Assembly (NCBI RefSeq): GCF_017876815.1
Contig: NZ_JAGIOS010000001.1
Span: forward strand, 990,001-1,022,000
Reading direction: 5' to 3'
DNA length: 32,000 nt
From: Sinorhizobium meliloti
GTDB lineage: Bacteria > Pseudomonadota > Alphaproteobacteria > Rhizobiales > Rhizobiaceae
Positions 27,686 through 32,000 of this stretch are shown piece after piece; within the stretch, counting starts at the first letter, position 1, and the number at the start of each line of letters is the position of its first letter. Position numbers and translations under genes: made by a program. The notes below the pieces were generated by a model. It did no database searches and was not told where the DNA came from. It saw only the letters and a program-made list of their open reading frames with translations.

Positions 27686-28672
27686 TCAGACGGGCTCCCA
27701 GCCGTCTTTTTCGCTGGCGCGATAGATCGCGTCGATGAACATCTGGTTCAGGCGCGAGTTTTCCAGTGTCACCACGTCCTCCGCTTCACCTTTCGCAGCA
27801 CGTGCGAAGGCCTCGGCCTCGAGCTTGTACTGACGCGCATCCTGGAAGCGGAAGAGCTGCGACTGGCCGTGGTTCTGGTTGGTCAGTTCCACCTCTTCCC
27901 GGCCGTAGCGATCGGCATTGAAGGGCGACTTCACCTCGATGTAGCCCTTGTCGCCGTGGAAGACCATGACCTGGCGGGCGGCGAGCTGTGTCGAGATATA
28001 GAAGCTCAGTTCGAAATCTCCGAAGTCGGCACGAACGCTCGAATAGACGTCGGTGCCGAATTCCGGATCGCGCTCGGTATTGGCCTGCACGCGCAGCGGC
28101 TCCTTGCCGGTCGAAAACCGGGTCGTGATTGCCGGATAGACGCCGATATCCGGCAGACCTCCGCCGCCGAGCGACGGGACGTTGCGCATGTTGCCGGGAT
28201 CGCGGTTGTAATAGGTGAAGGCGCCCTGGACATGCCTGAGGCGCCCGATGGCACCTTCCGCGATGAGCGAGCGCACCTTCCGCCAGACGGGGCTGTAGGT
28301 CACCATATAGGCTTCCGAGATCAGCACCTTGTTGCGCTCGCGCGCCGCGATCACGGCGTCGATCTCTTCGGCCTTCAGCGCCAGCGGCTTCTCGCAAAGT
28401 ACATGCTTGCCGGCATCCGCCGCCTTGATCGCCCATTCGACATGTTGCGACGTCGGCAGCGGGATATAGACGGCGTCGACCGTGTCGGAGGCGAGCATCT
28501 CCTCATAGGAGCCGAAAGCATGCGGCACGGAGAAACGGTCGGCCATGGCCCTCGCCTTGGCGAGATCGCGGCTCGCGATCGCCGTGACAACGCAGTTCTC
28601 GGCGTCCTGGATCGCGGGTACGACGAGCTCGCGGCCGATCTTGGCCGTCGACAAAATTCCGAAACGCAGCAT
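27686..28672 (-). CDS. Gfo/Idh/MocA-family oxidoreductase
   Basis: N-terminal Rossmann [15 protein letters not shown], the conserved EKP motif (VLCEKPLA), and 328 aa. Confidence 0.92.
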   Translation of the reverse strand: MLRFGILSTAKIGRELVVPAIQDAENCVVTAIASRDLAKARAMADRFSVPHAFGSYEEMLASDTVDAVYIPLPTSQHVEWAIKAADAGKHVLCEKPLALKAEEIDAVIAARERNKVLISEAYMVTYSPVWRKVRSLIAEGAIGRLRHVQGAFTYYNRDPGNMRNVPSLGGGGLPDIGVYPAITTRFSTGKEPLRVQANTERDPEFGTDVYSSVRADFGDFELSFYISTQLAARQVMVFHGDKGYIEVKSPFNADRYGREEVELTNQNHGQSQLFRFQDARQYKLEAEAFARAAKGEAEDVVTLENSRLNQMFIDAIYRASEKDGWEPV

Positions 28673-28887
28673 GAGGCAGACTCCTTTTCGTGCGCGGCGC
28701 GAAGGACGCGCGACACTCCCCTGGGCACAAGCTGCGCGAGACTATCCCCGAGGTACGTACCTAGCAAGCCGTGGCGAGGTCAGAAAAACCACGAATGCAG
28801 GTGTCATTCGATGGCGAGCTGGCCTATGTTTTTGCCGCAATCCTCCCAATCGCAGCTTGTTTTCATCCAACCACATGGAGCGAAACC

Positions 28888-29838
28888 ATGGAAATGCGCA
28901 GACTTGGCCGTACCGGCCTCTCGATTGCCCCGCTCGTCTTCGGCGGCAACGTCTTCGGCTGGACCGCGGATGAGAAAACATCGTTCTCGCTTCTCGACGC
29001 CTTTTTCGATGCGGGTTTCAATGCCGTCGACACCGCCGACGTCTATTCCTCCTGGGCGCCGGGCAACAGAGGCGGTGAATCGGAAGCGATCATCGGTAAA
29101 TGGCTGAAACAATCCGGACGCTCGCGCGATAGCGCCGTCATCGTCACCAAGGTCGGTTCGGAACTCGGACCGGACCGCAAGGGCCTCTCGCGGCGCTGGA
29201 TCATGCAGGCAGTCGAGGATTCACTGAGACGCCTGCAGACCGACTATATCGACCTCTATCTCTCCCACTGGCCGGACCCCGACATACCCTATGACGAGAC
29301 GCTTGCCGCCTACGATACGCTTCTCTCCCAGGGCAAGCTGCGGGCGATCGGCGCATCGAATCTCGACGCGCAGCAGATGCGCGATGCTCTCGACGTTGCG
29401 GCGGCGAAGGATCTGCCCCGCTACGACGTGCTGCAGCCCGAATACAATCTCTACGACCGCGCTTCCTATGACGGTCCGCTGCGCAATCTCTGCATCGCCG
29501 AGGAGATCGGCGTCATCACCTATTTCAGCCTTGCGAGAGGCTTTCTTTCCGGCAAGTACCGCTCGCACAAGGACCTGGAGGGCTCCGCCCGCGGCGGCGG
29601 CGTCGAAAAATATCTCGACGGACGCGGCATGCGCATCCTCGGCGTCTTGGATGAAATCGCCGAGGAGACCGGCGCGAAACAGGCGGAGATCGCGCTCGCC
29701 TGGATCATCGCCCGCGAGGGCGTCACCGCACCCATCGCCAGCGCCACCAATCCCGACCAGCTGGCAAGCCTGGTGAGATCGGCGGAACTGGACTTGCCGG
29801 AAGAGGCGATAAGGCGCCTGAACGAGGTGAGCGAATAG
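28888..29838 (+). CDS. aldo/keto reductase
   Basis: ATG 28888 lies 7 nt after GGAG. MEMRRLGRTGLSIAPLVFGGNVFGW, ..DTADVY.., ..YLSHWPD.. and ..IGASN.. are AKR hallmarks. Confidence 0.92.
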   Translation: MEMRRLGRTGLSIAPLVFGGNVFGWTADEKTSFSLLDAFFDAGFNAVDTADVYSSWAPGNRGGESEAIIGKWLKQSGRSRDSAVIVTKVGSELGPDRKGLSRRWIMQAVEDSLRRLQTDYIDLYLSHWPDPDIPYDETLAAYDTLLSQGKLRAIGASNLDAQQMRDALDVAAAKDLPRYDVLQPEYNLYDRASYDGPLRNLCIAEEIGVITYFSLARGFLSGKYRSHKDLEGSARGGGVEKYLDGRGMRILGVLDEIAEETGAKQAEIALAWIIAREGVTAPIASATNPDQLASLVRSAELDLPEEAIRRLNEVSE

Positions 29839-29924
29839 AGGGACGTTCTCGATTTCCCGAAGAGGAAGGCCCCTCTCCATAGGCCCCGCAGGTGGGAGGG
29901 CTAGGCCGGCGGACCGGGCGGCAT

Positions 29925-30599
29925 CTAAGCCCCTCCCCCTTGTGGGATCCTTGTGGGGAGGGGTTGGGGAGAGGCGAGTGCCCCGAACGCAATCGTCGGA
30001 AAGCCTTCGTAAAGATGCGCATGGCTGCCTTCGTGGTTGGCCATGCCGGGCTTGGTCAGCAGCCCGCGCGGCTCGGCATAGCTGCTGATTCTGCGCCGCG
30101 GCCTCTCGTGCCACTGGATGTTGAAGGCCCAGAGCTTGGGAAAGAAGCAGAGCGAGGCGTAGGGAAGGTGGTCGTGAATCCACCACGCCAGGCTTTGCCA
30201 GCCGCCTTCGTGACGCTCCCGGTCCCAGACCCAGGGAATGGCGATGCAGGCGGTGGCCCCCATGCAGCCCTCCGCATCGCGCATGTCCCAGATATGGTCG
30301 GCTGCCGTTGCCGCATTGGTCGAGCAGTTGAGCCTGTTGGCGTTGCCGAAGGCGTTCACCGCGCGGTTTCGGTAGGCAGAGCGGATGTGCAGCCGACCGA
30401 AGGTCGCCTCGAGCGGCTCCAGAAGTTCCTCGCAAAGTTTCCGTCCGGCCTCGATCGCCAGTTCCGGATCGTCGGGGATATTCGGGATCCGGTAGAACTC
30501 CGCGATTTCGGAGTGAAGAAAATCGCGCAGGAAAAAGTTCTTCGAGAGGCGTACGCGCCCGAGGTCTTCGAGCGATTTCATCGACCCGGGTTTCTTCAT
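29925..30599 (-). CDS. conserved hypothetical protein, possibly a distant peptidase M15A-like fold
   Basis: 224 aa from ATG 30599 (GGGGGA precedes it). SKNFFLRDFLHSE and IRSAYRNRAVN loosely recall M15A (SGYRS..N) families, which is a weak assignment. The C-terminal 16 aa and the stop are encoded by the repeat at 29930-29974. Confidence 0.65.
   Translation of the reverse strand: MKKPGSMKSLEDLGRVRLSKNFFLRDFLHSEIAEFYRIPNIPDDPELAIEAGRKLCEELLEPLEATFGRLHIRSAYRNRAVNAFGNANRLNCSTNAATAADHIWDMRDAEGCMGATACIAIPWVWDRERHEGGWQSLAWWIHDHLPYASLCFFPKLWAFNIQWHERPRRRISSYAEPRGLLTKPGMANHEGSHAHLYEGFPTIAFGALASPQPLPTRIPQGGGA
29930..29974. repeat. third copy of the CCCCTCCCCCTTGTGG..GGGGAGGGGTTGGGGAG repeat motif
   Basis: Same motif as 9417-9446 and the reverse complement of 9295-9328, here with an internal GATCCTTGTGG duplication. 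It overlaps the last 16 codons of the minus-strand ORF ending at 29925. Confidence 0.7.
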
Positions 30600-30625
30600 G
30601 CTTCCCCCGCTTCGGAGCACTTCCA

Positions 30626-30653
30626 GGAAAAGTATGTAACGGTTTTCCGTCCG
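30626..30653 (+). repeat. plus-strand copy of the GGAAAAGTRTGT..CGGTTTTCCG motif
   Basis: GGAAAAGTATGTAACGGTTTTCCGTCCG matches the reverse complement of 18496-18522 with 3 substitutions and 1 indel. Confidence 0.5.
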
Positions 30654-30674
30654 GAAGTGCGTTAGATCAAACGG

Positions 30675-30717
30675 TTAGAGCATTTCAGTGTTTCCCTGAA
30701 ACAGTGAAATGCTCTAG
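30675..30717. repeat. 20-bp-arm near-perfect hairpin (18/20) downstream of the SDR gene; repeat and/or terminator
   Basis: TTAGAGCATTTCAGTGTTTC (30675-30694), loop CCT, then GAAACAGTGAAATGCTCTAG (30698-30717). It lies 23 nt past the minus-strand SDR stop. Confidence 0.5.
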
Positions 30718-30739
30718 CTCCTGTGCTCACGCTCTGCGC

Positions 30740-31510
30740 TCACGCCTTCGTCACCGAAGCGCCGCCGTCGGCCAGCAGCGCAGCGCCGGTCACGAAGCTA
30801 GCACCGTCCGAGGCGAGATAAAGCGCCGCTTCGGCGATTTCCTCGGGTCGCGCGATGCGTTTCAATGCATGCAGCCCTTCCACGAAACCGCGCGTCTCGG
30901 GCGCCGCTCCCGGCAGGTTCGCGAAATTGGCAGGCGTGTCGGTGCCGCCGGGCAGCAGCGCGTTCACGCGAATGCCGCGCGCGCCGAGTTCGACCGCCAG
31001 CGCCTGCACCAGTCCGATCAGCCCCGCCTTGCTCGCCGCATAGGGGGCGACCCCGGCAAAGCCGGCCGTGTGGCCGACGAAGCTCGAAGTGAAGGTGAGC
31101 GAACCGCCGCCCAGTGCCGCAATTGCCGGAACCTGATATTTCGCCGCCAGGAAGGCGCTCGTCAGATTGGTATCGAGCGTCTCGCGCCAGCCTTCTACGC
31201 TAAGCGACGAGATCTCTCCCATCGCACCGAGCGCCCCGGCATTGTTGAAGGCGGTATCGAGGCCGCCGAAGCGGCGCACCGCCAGTTCGACCAGCGCCTC
31301 ATGCAGGGCTTCGTCGCCCACGTCGCCGGCAAGCGCTGCCGCCTCACCGCCCCCTCCGGCGATCTCGTCGGTAAGCTCCGCAAGTGCATTCCCGTTGCGG
31401 GCGGTAACGACGACCTTTGCCCCCTCGCGTGCAAAGAGCAGCGCCGCGGCGCGGCCGATACCTGAGCTTGCGCCGGTGACGATCGCGATTTTACCTTCCA
31501 GTCTCGACAT
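30740..31510 (-). CDS. SDR-family oxidoreductase
   Basis: ATG 31510 gives MSRLEGKIAIVTGASSGIGRA (the TGxxxGxG motif). Catalytic YAASK, 256 aa. The longer ORF-track form (to 31783) has no support. Confidence 0.92.
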   Translation of the reverse strand: MSRLEGKIAIVTGASSGIGRAAALLFAREGAKVVVTARNGNALAELTDEIAGGGGEAAALAGDVGDEALHEALVELAVRRFGGLDTAFNNAGALGAMGEISSLSVEGWRETLDTNLTSAFLAAKYQVPAIAALGGGSLTFTSSFVGHTAGFAGVAPYAASKAGLIGLVQALAVELGARGIRVNALLPGGTDTPANFANLPGAAPETRGFVEGLHALKRIARPEEIAEAALYLASDGASFVTGAALLADGGASVTKA

Positions 31511-31657
31511 GGTTCTTCTCCGTCCGATTGCGTTTACGGCGGGACCATTGCCGATGCGCCACGCTGCAACCACCCGATTTCCGCCTGAGGTGAAACGGAC
31601 ACCTATCGCGCAAGCGGCGGAATTGACCCGCGCCTCACGCGCTTTTTGCAGTCGCGA

Positions 31658-31683
31658 GGAACAAATCTTCGCCCTTTGCTGTT
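31658..31683 (+). promoter_or_regulatory. EcfG/RpoE2-type general-stress promoter candidate (GGAAC-N17-TGTT)
   Basis: GGAAC at 31658-31662 and (C)TGTT at 31679-31683, against the consensus GGAAC-N16/17-CGTT. It lies ~48 nt upstream of the ATG of a DUF892/YciF-like stress gene. Confidence 0.4.
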
Positions 31684-31730
31684 GATTGCGGGTCGAAGGC
31701 AACACGAAGCAGACGAGGAAGGAAACGGAA

Positions 31731-32000
31731 ATGGCCAAAGAAAAGACGCTGGACGACCTCTTCCACGATACGCTCAAGGACATCTATTATGCCGAGCGGA
31801 AAATCCTGAAGGCTTTGCCGAAGATGGCACGCGCCGCCCAGGCCCCTGAGCTCAAGGCCGCGTTCGAGAAGCACAAGGAGCAGACCGAGACCCATGTGGA
31901 GCGGCTGCAGCAGGTATTCGAAATGATCGGCAAGCGCGCGCAGGGCAAGACCTGCGAGGCGATCGAGGGCATCGTCGCCGAGGGCGAGGAGATCATGGAC
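31731..32000 (+). CDS. DUF892 / YciF-like ferritin-fold stress protein, 3'-truncated by the window edge
   Basis: Not in the ORF track because there is no stop within the window. My own translation from ATG 31731 (after AGGAAGGA) is MAKEKTLDDLFHDTLKDIYYAERKILKALPKMARAAQAPELKAAFEKHKEQTETHVERLQQVFEMIGKRAQGKTCEAIEGIV.., a textbook DUF892 N-terminus. Confidence 0.85.
   Translation, partial: MAKEKTLDDLFHDTLKDIYYAERKILKALPKMARAAQAPELKAAFEKHKEQTETHVERLQQVFEMIGKRAQGKTCEAIEGIVAEGEEIMD

Overview
This is a 32-kb stretch of a high-GC alphaproteobacterial chromosome. Gene content, gene order and the G/C-rich palindromic intergenic repeats look like Rhizobiaceae (Sinorhizobium/Ensifer type); that taxonomic call is from memory, not from a search.

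I can support 34 CDS plus one gene remnant, and almost all are ordinary housekeeping or metabolic genes:
- queG (5' partial), an SDR/epimerase, an RlpA-like DPBB protein and an RsmB/Sun-type RNA methyltransferase.
- An imelysin / di-haem DUF1111 / imelysin cluster, separated from its usual DUF1513 partner by corA plus a repeat element.
- A GNAT, a PaaI thioesterase translationally coupled to an MTA/SAH-nucleosidase-like gene, and guaA.
- An AstE/AspA-family protein, an aromatic aminotransferase (tatA-like), an ArsC-family gene and ybaK.
- Two MarR regulators with divergent GST and EamA partners, and an M29 aminopeptidase.
- A flavodoxin-like quinone reductase coupled to xseA, and an MmyB-type XRE regulator.
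- Gfo/Idh/MocA, aldo-keto reductase and SDR oxidoreductases, and a DUF892/YciF-like gene (3' partial).

I saw no rRNA, tRNA, CRISPR array, transposase or integrase.

The only clearly accessory segment is a ~2-kb islet that starts 29 nt after the guaA stop (about 14,031-15,993). It holds a VapC/Phd toxin-antitoxin pair, ~340 bp of apparently decayed DNA, a chimeric gene remnant, and an orphan 195-aa Pol-beta-fold nucleotidyltransferase with a CX4CX6CX4C cluster. The last codons of that nucleotidyltransferase look like an in-frame degenerate copy of the guaA terminus, a possible att scar.

Other points worth a second look:
- A 268-bp MITE-like, highly structured element with 26-bp perfect terminal inverted repeats.
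- Two families of short intergenic repeats, one of which supplies the C-terminus and stop codon of an uncharacterised ORF.
- A hairpin that sequesters the Shine-Dalgarno sequence (SD) in front of corA.
- An EcfG-type promoter in front of the DUF892 gene.
- A 460-bp AT-rich intergenic region.

I did not find a convincing multi-gene novel system. The nucleotidyltransferase islet is the best candidate, and I rate it only moderately.
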